64,000 nucleotides of DNA. It comes from a virus. Lineage: Duplodnaviria > Caudoviricetes. Under the pieces are notes generated by a model. The model was not told the DNA's origin. It made no database searches and worked only from the letters and a program-made list of their open reading frames with translations. The DNA lies in IMG/VR virus record IMGVR_UViG_3300014203_000001, positions 32,001 to 96,000 of that record, one strand, 5' to 3'. Of the stretch, positions 20,151 through 28,145 are shown in pieces (positions within the stretch are counted from its first letter, which is position 1; every line of letters starts with the position of its first letter). The translations under genes were made by a program, and so were the position numbers.

Positions 20151-20169
20151 TTTATTACCTCCTAAAATC
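20140..20169. repeat. 30-bp direct repeat copy 2
   Basis: identical to 19685-19714. Confidence 0.9.
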
Positions 20170-22171
20170 CCATTTTTCTTTTATCCATAGATTTGTTCAT
20201 TGTAGATATATCTTCACTTTGAATAGTAGTAATATCTTTAGTCTCCATATCCATATATAGATTATCTTTAGATATTCTAGTTGCTTGTTTCATCATAGCC
20301 TGTTCTACTAAAGTACGAATAAATCTTCCATTACCAAAGTCTTTAGTTCCAATAGCATTTTCGATTTGTTTTCTTGCTGTGGCTAAAGCCTCTTCTGTAA
20401 AGGTGAACTTTTCTTTCTTTGCTGTATGTAATAAGATTTCCATTAGTTCATCCTTAGAATAGTTATCAAATTTAACATGGAATCCTATTCTACTTCTAAT
20501 ACCAGGATTGGTATCCATAAATTGTTCCATCTTATCAGGGTATCCTGCAAAGATAATGATCGTATCGTCTCTGACCTTATCCATTTCTTGCACTAGAGTA
20601 TTGATAGCTTCATCTCCGAATGAACCGCTCTTATCTGCCAGAGAATATGCTTCATCTATAAATAAAATACCTCCCTTTGCAGATCTAATCTTCTTTATAG
20701 TTTTGATAGCGGTGTGCCCAACATACATCCCGACCAAACCATTCCTGCCAGTTTCTATAAATTTTCCAGTCTTTAAAATATCCTCTTGCTTTAAGATAAC
20801 ACCAAGAAGTCTAGCTATGGTAGTTTTAGCTGTTCCTGGATTACCATAAAACACCATATGTCTACAAGGATTGGATGTTGTAATGCCTTTTTCTAGATAA
20901 ACCTTTTGCATCTTGAAATACGATACAATTTGATTGACTGTTTCTTTTATATTAGCTAAACCAATCATATCATTCAACTTCTTCATTGGATCGTAGTTAA
21001 TTGCCTTCTTAACACCTATGTCTATATTAGCATACCCCATTGCAGTAATAAGATGATTAGATTTCCATGAGTAGTATGCTCTATCCAAATCAGATGGAGT
21101 ATATACCGACTCTACTAGTTCTCCTGTAAATGCTCTAAATCCATCTCGTTTTGCTAGCTTATTAAGATATGCTACTCCAATAGTAGATGTAACATTAGTT
21201 GGTATTAATGGAACAAATACCGTATTGTTATCTTTAGCGAAATCCATAACTATATCTTTATCTGAAAGATTTAATAAAGCAATGATAGTCAATACTGAAT
21301 CAGAAAACTCTTTACTCATTTCTATTATTTTATTAATCATGGACTGAGTAATAGATCTTTGTCTTCTAGATAGCATATCGTCGTCTGTTTTTTCGATAGT
21401 ATCTATTTCAAAGACAATAGTATTGCCAATAGCAGTTTCATACATAGATTCTATTGATCTATTATCTGATTCGGAAAGATTATCAACGTGTATTACACAT
21501 GGAGATACAGCTCTATTGTTTTCATATAATTCGTTAATAAGTATATCAGTTAATAGATTTCTATCTTCATATCTAACAAGATAGTTTACTGGATAGCCAT
21601 GAAAAGTTTTATATTTATTCTTTTTAATTCTAGCCAGTTCAGCTTTAAACGAATCCATAAGATCGATATGTAATATATCGTCAATGTCATTTTCATATCT
21701 TGCTCTTATTAAACTTGAAGTTATACACGATCTTCTACTACCACCACGCATGTTTCTAATCAATTGATCTATTTCGTCAGGAATGTCTGCCGATAAATGA
21801 CGCGAATACCTAGCTGTAGCTATATTTGTAAAATAGAATGTTACTGGGCAGATTCCTAGATTATAATGAAACAATGCTCCACATGCATCCATTATTAGAC
21901 TGGTTATTACTTTTTCACTAGATATAACTATATTATCTAGATTCGCTACTACTAAAAGATGTACTTTGTCGTCGAATATATTATCACATATAGGAAGTAT
22001 TACTCTTCCTGATTTGCGATATATCGATTCAGAAAGTGATGAATTGATATCATAAGAAATCTCCTGTGTACGGGTCAAATCAACTGGGGTTGGATTAATA
22101 TTTTTGTACTTTTCTACAAATTTTACCAACTCCTCTGGCTCGAATTTTACTGTAACGTCAAACATTAACAT
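20162..22171 (-). CDS. CbbX/SpoVK-family AAA+ ATPase
   Basis: HMVFYGNPGTAKTT, ILFIDEAYSL, NPGIRSRI, FGNGRFIR, C-terminal KMGF. Confidence 0.85.
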   Translation of the reverse strand: MLMFDVTVKFEPEELVKFVEKYKNINPTPVDLTRTQEISYDINSSLSESIYRKSGRVILPICDNIFDDKVHLLVVANLDNIVISSEKVITSLIMDACGALFHYNLGICPVTFYFTNIATARYSRHLSADIPDEIDQLIRNMRGGSRRSCITSSLIRARYENDIDDILHIDLMDSFKAELARIKKNKYKTFHGYPVNYLVRYEDRNLLTDILINELYENNRAVSPCVIHVDNLSESDNRSIESMYETAIGNTIVFEIDTIEKTDDDMLSRRQRSITQSMINKIIEMSKEFSDSVLTIIALLNLSDKDIVMDFAKDNNTVFVPLIPTNVTSTIGVAYLNKLAKRDGFRAFTGELVESVYTPSDLDRAYYSWKSNHLITAMGYANIDIGVKKAINYDPMKKLNDMIGLANIKETVNQIVSYFKMQKVYLEKGITTSNPCRHMVFYGNPGTAKTTIARLLGVILKQEDILKTGKFIETGRNGLVGMYVGHTAIKTIKKIRSAKGGILFIDEAYSLADKSGSFGDEAINTLVQEMDKVRDDTIIIFAGYPDKMEQFMDTNPGIRSRIGFHVKFDNYSKDELMEILLHTAKKEKFTFTEEALATARKQIENAIGTKDFGNGRFIRTLVEQAMMKQATRISKDNLYMDMETKDITTIQSEDISTMNKSMDKRKMGF

Positions 22172-22208
22172 AATTTTCTCTCTCCCTTTTATATATTATT
22201 TACTAGTT

Positions 22209-22230
22209 CTCATCTATATAATATATAACC
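22209..22230 (-). promoter_or_regulatory. early promoter
   Basis: GGTTATATATTATATAGATGAG. Confidence 0.75.
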
Positions 22231-22263
22231 AAATGGACAAATGCTCCTCTAGAAAAGACAGTT

Positions 22264-22298
22264 TATATAAGGGATAGCAAATTGCTATCCCTTATATA
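22264..22298. terminator. hairpin
   Basis: tatataagggatagcaa-a-ttgctatcccttatata. Confidence 0.7.
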
Positions 22299-22299
22299 T

Positions 22300-22734
22300 T
22301 TATTCACTAAATGCTTCGTCCCATGCAGATTGACAACCATTGATATAGTTCTCTAGAGTATCACCAAAATATCCACCGTCTTTAAGAGCAGCAGCATACT
22401 CTTCTAGAGTAGTAGCTTTATCGATCCCATTCTCAATGTAGTATCCTAGATATTTTCCGAAATAGATAGCATAATCTTCGGGAGATTCAAATGCTTGATA
22501 GTTATCCCCTTCTGGGCTAGTCATATCTTCAGTAAGCCATGAAGGTTGATCTTTAAATTGTTTTAACCCACCAAAGTTATTAGCATTTTCGGCTAGCCAA
22601 CTAGCGAATCCACCAGTCTCATGATAGAATTGACAATACAAATACCGAGGGTCGATATTTGTTAATCCTTTTTCATCAGCAGCCGTTTGAGCTGCTAATT
22701 GTGCTAATGCCCAATATTTCTCATTTACATTCAT
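22300..22734 (-). CDS. glucosaminidase (GH73-like), candidate endolysin
   Basis: QFYHETG, NNFGGLK, LKDGGYF..YING; late promoter; similar to a domain in the tail protein at 63.2-63.65 kb. Confidence 0.75.
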   Translation of the reverse strand: MNVNEKYWALAQLAAQTAADEKGLTNIDPRYLYCQFYHETGGFASWLAENANNFGGLKQFKDQPSWLTEDMTSPEGDNYQAFESPEDYAIYFGKYLGYYIENGIDKATTLEEYAAALKDGGYFGDTLENYINGCQSAWDEAFSE

Positions 22735-22750
22735 TATTATTCACCTTCCT

Positions 22751-22762
22751 TATAAAAGTGTT
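22751..22762 (-). promoter_or_regulatory. late promoter
   Basis: AACA CTTTTA TA. Confidence 0.7.
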
Positions 22763-22788
22763 AATAATACAAAAAAGAAAGAGGGAGG

Positions 22789-23475
22789 CTATCCCTCTTT
22801 AGATTCTTTTGATTTCTTATCTAGATTAATTATAATATTAGCTAAAGTATCATTGAATTCGCTTCCATTATGCTCAATTATAGCTATTACTGCAGCATAT
22901 CCATTTACAGATAGGTCTGCTCCTAGAGCTATAATATAATCAACGATCTCAGAACTATGCATATAAATAGATGCTTTTACACATAGTTCAAGTAGATATA
23001 ATTTTCTATCAGCAAGGAAATAGTTAAGATCTACTAATCCATTATCCAGAATATATTTCATAGAGAATAAATACTCATCTGATGTGTATCCCATATTATT
23101 CAAAAGATGTGGTAGTTCTTTACCTAAAGAAGTTACACCTCGCTCTTTTAGCAAATAATCAGCTACATCTTTATTGGCATATAGAATAGCATCGTGTAAT
23201 GCGTTTTCATTAGTATAGACTGTTTTATTAAAATGATTAGCAAATTCATAATCTATAAATTTCTTAAAGAATTCTAAAGTGCAATTATTATAAATTATTT
23301 CTCCAATCATTCTAGAATCAGATACAATCTTAATTAACTGTTCGGTCTTATCTAATTGGTCGTTCTCCATTAGATATTCTATTGCCATATTATAATCTGT
23401 GATATTAAATTCTCCTTTTGTCTCTAGTTCTATGTCTTTAACAATTTCATCTGCAGTCGCTAATAAATAATCCAT
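22789..23475 (-). CDS. ankyrin-repeat-like protein
   Basis: ALHDAILYANKDVADYLLKERG; SEIVDYIIALGAD. Confidence 0.6.
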   Translation of the reverse strand: MDYLLATADEIVKDIELETKGEFNITDYNMAIEYLMENDQLDKTEQLIKIVSDSRMIGEIIYNNCTLEFFKKFIDYEFANHFNKTVYTNENALHDAILYANKDVADYLLKERGVTSLGKELPHLLNNMGYTSDEYLFSMKYILDNGLVDLNYFLADRKLYLLELCVKASIYMHSSEIVDYIIALGADLSVNGYAAVIAIIEHNGSEFNDTLANIIINLDKKSKESKEG

Positions 23476-23495
23476 TACGTATCACCTCTTTATAA

Positions 23496-23536
23496 GATAC
23501 AATATTTTACTATTGCTCACTTATATAATATATAAT
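23496..23536 (-). promoter_or_regulatory. early promoter + leader hairpin
   Basis: ATTATATATTATATAAGTGAGCAATA-gtaaaa-TATTGTATC. Confidence 0.7.
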
Positions 23537-23549
23537 CAAAAAAGAAAAG

Positions 23550-23567
23550 GATAGCAATATTGCTATC
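23550..23567. terminator. palindromic hairpin
   Basis: gatagcaatattgctatc with minus-strand T tract. Confidence 0.6.
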
Positions 23568-23598
23568 TCTTATATTTTAGGTCTTAGTTCTGTTTCTA

Positions 23599-23946
23599 TT
23601 ATAATTTATATATGTTTAGTATCTCCAAATCTTTTGCTATATCTACAACTTGTTGTTCTGACAAATTTGTTGTAAATATTATATCTCCCATTAGATATGT
23701 TTCATTATTATCTTGATAGAATTTTAATTCAAAATCATCTTCGATATAAATATTGTTATATAGAAATAGTTTACTTATATGACCAATTCCACCGATTCCA
23801 TTTCCAGGTATAAAATAATTATTTAACTTAACTTCTATACCACCTTCTGTATTAGTAATAATGATAGAATCTCCAGGCATTGTATAGAAGCTCTTCAATA
23901 TCTCATATGTATTATTAAGCTTTACAGTAGCTTTAATTTTTCCCAT
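23599..23946 (-). CDS. hypothetical protein
   Basis: 115 aa, GGAGG RBS. Confidence 0.6.
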   Translation of the reverse strand: MGKIKATVKLNNTYEILKSFYTMPGDSIIITNTEGGIEVKLNNYFIPGNGIGGIGHISKLFLYNNIYIEDDFELKFYQDNNETYLMGDIIFTTNLSEQQVVDIAKDLEILNIYKL

Positions 23947-23970
23947 CTTTAGTTTCCTCCATTTTGTATA

Positions 23971-24132
23971 TTAACAATATCTTTTTCTGTTCTTAAGATA
24001 CATTAATCCTACAGCTCTCCAATAATTAACTTTCCTACGTTCTCCTCCGCAGCGACCAAAGATGAATAATCCTTTTATATCCATTCTCTCACGATAACTG
24101 CCAATGTGTAATGCGTGTATCTTCTTCATCAT
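23971..24132 (-). CDS. 53-aa basic protein
   Basis: MMKKIHALHIGSYRERMDIKG...RKRYC; AAGGAG RBS; start overlaps upstream stop. Confidence 0.5.
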   Translation of the reverse strand: MMKKIHALHIGSYRERMDIKGLFIFGRCGGERRKVNYWRAVGLMYLKNRKRYC

Positions 24133-24323
24133 ATAAGCCACTCCTTATCTTTTCTATCTTTATGTAGTTCTTCATCTATTTTATTTTCGAGCCATTCAGT
24201 CTTTGTTTTTCCTAATTGATCTAGCACAGCTTCGAATTTTTCCATTTTAATTTTATCAATATATACACTAAAATTTTTATTTGTTTCTCTTCTCTTTTTA
24301 AAATAAGATGCTCTACTATTCAT
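24129..24323 (-). CDS. small ribbon-helix-helix DNA-binding protein
   Basis: MNSRASYFKKRRE..NFSVYIDK....KTKTEWLENKIDEEL, typical Firmicute RHH; AAGGAG RBS. Confidence 0.6.
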   Translation of the reverse strand: MNSRASYFKKRRETNKNFSVYIDKIKMEKFEAVLDQLGKTKTEWLENKIDEELHKDRKDKEWLI

Positions 24324-24336
24324 TAAATATATCTCC

Positions 24337-24735
24337 TTATACTTTATATATCTGATAAAATCCATAGTTGCGTGCGATGTAATACCCATCTGTAAGATAC
24401 TTCTCTACATTGTCTACTTTCATAGCAGCTGCTATTTTCCATCCTTCTTTTGGAATAACAACTATTTCCATAGTATTATGTCCTAAAGCTTCTCGTATAT
24501 CCTCTGAGTTACTAGACCATAATCCTCCACCACCAGGTCTACGATTAGGATCATTATTCTCGAATCCGAAGTTCGCTATACCATATGAATTTTCGGCATA
24601 ATAATATGTACCATCTTCTACTTTCTTTACTGGTACTGGAGTTGGTATTGTTTCGCTACATGGTAGGTCGCTATGTATATGTAATACATAGTAATTATTA
24701 GGATTCTTACAAATCTCATATTTCATAGTATTCAT
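24337..24735 (-). CDS. hypothetical protein
   Basis: 132-aa ORF in early operon. Confidence 0.6.
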   Translation of the reverse strand: MNTMKYEICKNPNNYYVLHIHSDLPCSETIPTPVPVKKVEDGTYYYAENSYGIANFGFENNDPNRRPGGGGLWSSNSEDIREALGHNTMEIVVIPKEGWKIAAAMKVDNVEKYLTDGYYIARNYGFYQIYKV

Positions 24736-24738
24736 CTC

Positions 24739-25128
24739 CTATATTTCTTTTAAAGCTTGAATGATATGTAATGCTAAAGTCATATAATCTTTTACTTGAC
24801 TTTCAGTTGGTGGGTTGTCGCTGTAATCTTTGATACCTTCTAATGTATCACATCCAGAACAACTACCATATCCAACTTTAACCATCCAATATCTACTAGG
24901 CTGGTATGTATTCTCTGGAATAAGATATAATAAAGTTCCTTGGTAATCGCCATCGTCTATTTCGTGTACTTTAGAACTATCCATCTTTTTATACAGATCT
25001 CCGTATTTCTCTAATATCATAGCGATATTTGTAACTATTTCGGTATAATCGGATGGGTGTTTTTGTTTAAATATAGCTTCCAATTCTTCTTTTCTTTCAT
25101 CCCAAATTTTAACAAATTCATCAATCAT
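24739..25128 (-). CDS. hypothetical phage protein (YGSCSGCD motif)
   Basis: 129 aa; DYQG and YGSCSGCD motifs. Confidence 0.6.
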   Translation of the reverse strand: MIDEFVKIWDERKEELEAIFKQKHPSDYTEIVTNIAMILEKYGDLYKKMDSSKVHEIDDGDYQGTLLYLIPENTYQPSRYWMVKVGYGSCSGCDTLEGIKDYSDNPPTESQVKDYMTLALHIIQALKEI

Positions 25129-25156
25129 AATATAATCTCTCCCTTAAAATAATTTA

Positions 25157-25195
25157 GATGCAATTTCTCATTGCTCATCTATATAATATATAACC
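25157..25195 (-). promoter_or_regulatory. early promoter + leader hairpin
   Basis: GGTTATATATTATATAGATGAGCAAT-gagaa-ATTGCATC. Confidence 0.75.
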
Positions 25196-25221
25196 AAAAA
25201 ATAATAAAGTAGGCTAATAGC

Positions 25222-25866
25222 TTACTTTATTGGTACTCGTTCGCATATAGGAATAGTCTTACTATTTTTAAATAACACTTCTTCTATAGGAAGACCAACA
25301 TTTAGTCTTTGAGTTATACTACTATGACTAATTCCTAATAGTCTTCCCCATTGAGACGCAGATAATTTCATACCATCATATTCTACCAATACAGTATTTC
25401 TTTTATTAATAGCATGTGATTCTGGATATACCCAGTTACAATTATCTGTGCAATAATCTCCATTTATATCCTTTCTTCCTAAAATCATTGTTTTATCTGG
25501 TCTAGGACCCATATCTTCCATAAAAGTAATAAATGATTCTCTCCATGAATCACTCGTAGCAATTCCTCTTTGCCCATAATATTGATATGAATCATCCTTT
25601 TCTGAATAGCACCTATCAATCATTTTACGCCATATTCCATATTCTCTTGGATATTCATTTGTCAATCCATTAGATGTCTTTTTTACACAGCTGCAGGATG
25701 TAGTCTGCTTTTGAGTTAGATTAAATCCAGATACGATTACAATTGTTTGTTTCTCGCAATTACATTTACACTTCCACATAGCCCTCCCAAATTTATTACT
25801 TCCTGCTCTTTCGATAACAGTTAATTTTCCAAATATAAGTCCAGTTAAGTCATTTCCTCTAGCCAT
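25222..25866 (-). CDS. free-standing HNH-family homing endonuclease-like protein
   Basis: DLTGLIFGKLTV, WKCKCNC, SCSC, YGIWRKMIDRC, YGQRGI, DMGPRP, GDYCTDNCNW. Confidence 0.8.
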   Translation of the reverse strand: MARGNDLTGLIFGKLTVIERAGSNKFGRAMWKCKCNCEKQTIVIVSGFNLTQKQTTSCSCVKKTSNGLTNEYPREYGIWRKMIDRCYSEKDDSYQYYGQRGIATSDSWRESFITFMEDMGPRPDKTMILGRKDINGDYCTDNCNWVYPESHAINKRNTVLVEYDGMKLSASQWGRLLGISHSSITQRLNVGLPIEEVLFKNSKTIPICERVPIK

Positions 25867-25890
25867 AAAATTCCCTCCGATACAAAAATC

Positions 25891-25914
25891 AAGAGAGGGA
25901 ATATTCCCTCTCTT
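25891..25914. terminator. perfect 24-bp palindrome
   Basis: AAGAGAGGGAATATTCCCTCTCTT. Confidence 0.6.
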
Positions 25915-25919
25915 ATATA

Positions 25920-25940
25920 CTCATTACTATAATATATATT
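25920..25940 (-). promoter_or_regulatory. early promoter
   Basis: AATATATATTATAGTAATGAG. Confidence 0.55.
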
Positions 25941-25952
25941 CATAAATGAATT

Positions 25953-27608
25953 TTAAAATTCCGGCTTAGATATTTTCTTCTCATCATCTGGTAATATCAT
26001 AGTAAGAGAATATAATGCCATAGCGCCTTCATTACTGGTAGACATTAAGTTTTCTCCGCTTAGAGATATATAATGTCTCTTTTTATTTATCTGATCAATA
26101 AGTTCTTTATTTGCTTCAGTACTATATAAAGACTTGCATGAGGTCTGATCGCCATCATAATCCGCCCCTATAGAACCTATTCTCAAATTTGAAATCTGTA
26201 GAGTATCGATGAATAGGTTACTTGTATTAGAGCCGATCTGAGACTCTCTTATTTTAGGGTAATTTTTATAAAATACTCCATTAACAACCATAGGCTCAGT
26301 TACTTTAGTAGAACTTACATTTATCTTACTCGGGAACTGATTGAAATACGAGTCGATCGGATATCTAGTTATAAGTACTGCTTTGTCTTTGGTTGATTCT
26401 ATTGCTGCCATGTATATTAAATCTACCCATAGAAATGCTCTATCTTGCATCGGGAACGTAGTAATATCCTTTCCTTCTTTGTAGTCTTTATCTGTTACTG
26501 TCCTACCTTTAAATCTTAGATCTACTTTCATCTTTTCATCTTCTAACGGCAAAGTTATCGGTCTAAATCTATTAGAATATCCGTGAATGAATCTATCTAT
26601 TTCTTCTTTCAATACCGTATCCGAGAAAGCTATTTGGAAGTCTTTCATTTTGAATTGTTTCTCTACTCGTTTGTCTCCTTGTTTTACCCATACTGTTCTT
26701 ATGGGTTCATTAGCAAATTCATTTTCAAAGAATCTTCTCATATAAAATAATATTTGTGTATAATAATTGCTACATAGCGATGCGAGGGGTACAGCCGCGT
26801 GATCTACATCTACTAGTAGATCTTCCATTTTTTCTACTTTTAAATTACTAGCAGATAATACTAGTCTAGAAGAATAGTCTGTTGTTTTACTTAGATTCGC
26901 TCTTCTTAGTGTTCCTCTTTTTCCTGCAATAGATGGTTCTGCTGTAAGCCAATCATATATAGATACTAATATCTCCTGTATTCGTCCCCTAACGGAGTCA
27001 GCTAAATTAAGTCCATACTCTGCAGATTCTCTTAGTGATTTAGTTGCTATTAAGAGAGAGTTATATAGCTTATTAATATCTCCTACTCCCACATATCCTC
27101 CATCACTATTAATATCTCTATAATATGCAGGGATAACTACCATGTTCTCTATGAATAGTCTATCTTTAAATTTCTCTAAGAATTTAATATTATTCTCTCT
27201 CTTAGAAGATTCAGTAGATCTAATCTTGATCTTATTAATATTCTTCTTTAAGAAAGTTAATCCAGTTTCTCCATTCTCGTCTTCTATTAGCTCACCCTTA
27301 TCATCTATTTTAAAATGATTAGTGCCATGTACACATTCACGAATCCTCCTATCCATCTTACACCATACTTTATACATTAATGGATGCATAAATGGCGAAG
27401 ATCCTAGAGATATTTGCCCGAAGGTAGATGCGCGATCAGATTTAGTAATTCCGAATATCTCATTAGATAATAAACCATCTTCTGTAGGATTACCACTAGC
27501 ATTAAAGAAGATAGGGTTAGTAATTTCAGATATGTTATTGACACGTATGAAATTGCTAGTATTGAGAGGTTTTATATTGAAGTACCTTTGCTCTTTTTCT
27601 TCGCTCAT
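25953..27608 (-). CDS. RNA polymerase beta-prime-like catalytic subunit (probably virion RNAP)
   Basis: DGLLSNEIFG, VIPAYYRD, KTTDYSSRLVL, LITRYP, GADYDGDQ; late promoter at 27624-27635. Confidence 0.9.
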   Translation of the reverse strand: MSEEKEQRYFNIKPLNTSNFIRVNNISEITNPIFFNASGNPTEDGLLSNEIFGITKSDRASTFGQISLGSSPFMHPLMYKVWCKMDRRIRECVHGTNHFKIDDKGELIEDENGETGLTFLKKNINKIKIRSTESSKRENNIKFLEKFKDRLFIENMVVIPAYYRDINSDGGYVGVGDINKLYNSLLIATKSLRESAEYGLNLADSVRGRIQEILVSIYDWLTAEPSIAGKRGTLRRANLSKTTDYSSRLVLSASNLKVEKMEDLLVDVDHAAVPLASLCSNYYTQILFYMRRFFENEFANEPIRTVWVKQGDKRVEKQFKMKDFQIAFSDTVLKEEIDRFIHGYSNRFRPITLPLEDEKMKVDLRFKGRTVTDKDYKEGKDITTFPMQDRAFLWVDLIYMAAIESTKDKAVLITRYPIDSYFNQFPSKINVSSTKVTEPMVVNGVFYKNYPKIRESQIGSNTSNLFIDTLQISNLRIGSIGADYDGDQTSCKSLYSTEANKELIDQINKKRHYISLSGENLMSTSNEGAMALYSLTMILPDDEKKISKPEF

Positions 27609-27623
27609 ATATTATCACTCCTT

Positions 27624-27635
27624 TACGTGGATGTT
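27624..27635 (-). promoter_or_regulatory. late promoter
   Basis: AACA TCCACG TA. Confidence 0.7.
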
Positions 27636-27650
27636 TATCAAACAAAATAG

Positions 27651-27678
27651 AAGAGTATAGCTAATTAGCTATACTCTT
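27651..27678. terminator. perfect 28-bp palindrome
   Basis: AAGAGTATAGCTAATTAGCTATACTCTT. Confidence 0.7.
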
Positions 27679-27975
27679 ATCTATAAATCTTATATGGATA
27701 TTACTTCTATGAATTGTGGATTCTACTATAAACTGATGAGAGAAAAAGTCTACTCTGATATTATTATAGAAGCTCTCCATATGTTTAATATCTGCTTCTT
27801 TTGCTGCTCTTAGTATATAATAGCATCCTTGCGTATCTTCTTTTAAATCTATTAATATATCTGCAAATTTATCTTCTAATAAAGAATATAGAGTGAGATG
27901 CTGATCGAAATACTTGCACATCTCACTCTCTTTATTAGAATGGGTCACTAAATTAGAGAACTCCTCTAAGTTCAT
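27661..27975 (-). CDS. hypothetical protein
   Basis: 104-aa ORF. Confidence 0.55.
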   Translation of the reverse strand: MNLEEFSNLVTHSNKESEMCKYFDQHLTLYSLLEDKFADILIDLKEDTQGCYYILRAAKEADIKHMESFYNNIRVDFFSHQFIVESTIHRSNIHIRFIDKSIAN

Positions 27976-27980
27976 TTACC

Positions 27981-28145
27981 TCATTCTCCCATCGCCTCGG
28001 CTATTTCTTCATTTTGTTGCCCTGCCCTGCCAGCATCGGTTCTAGACTCTTTAACGGCAAGATAGTAAAGAGTATGGAGAAAATTCATAGGTTGCTCCAA
28101 TAAATCTCGAAAGCTAACACTATTCTTATAGAATTTTGTTATCAT
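27981..28145 (-). CDS. 54-aa ORF or -1 frameshift extension of upstream gene
   Basis: MITKFYKNSVSFRDLLEQPMNFLHTLYYLAV...; ATGA overlap with upstream stop. Confidence 0.55.
   Translation of the reverse strand: MITKFYKNSVSFRDLLEQPMNFLHTLYYLAVKESRTDAGRAGQQNEEIAEAMGE

Noticed and set aside
23971-24323. RHH + small basic ORF as a toxin-antitoxin pair
   Set aside because: No recognisable toxin fold in the 53-aa ORF
25222-27608. Group I intron in the RNAP gene, as in AR9
   Set aside because: The beta-prime ORF is continuous through DYDGD, and the HNH gene has its own promoter and RBS outside it
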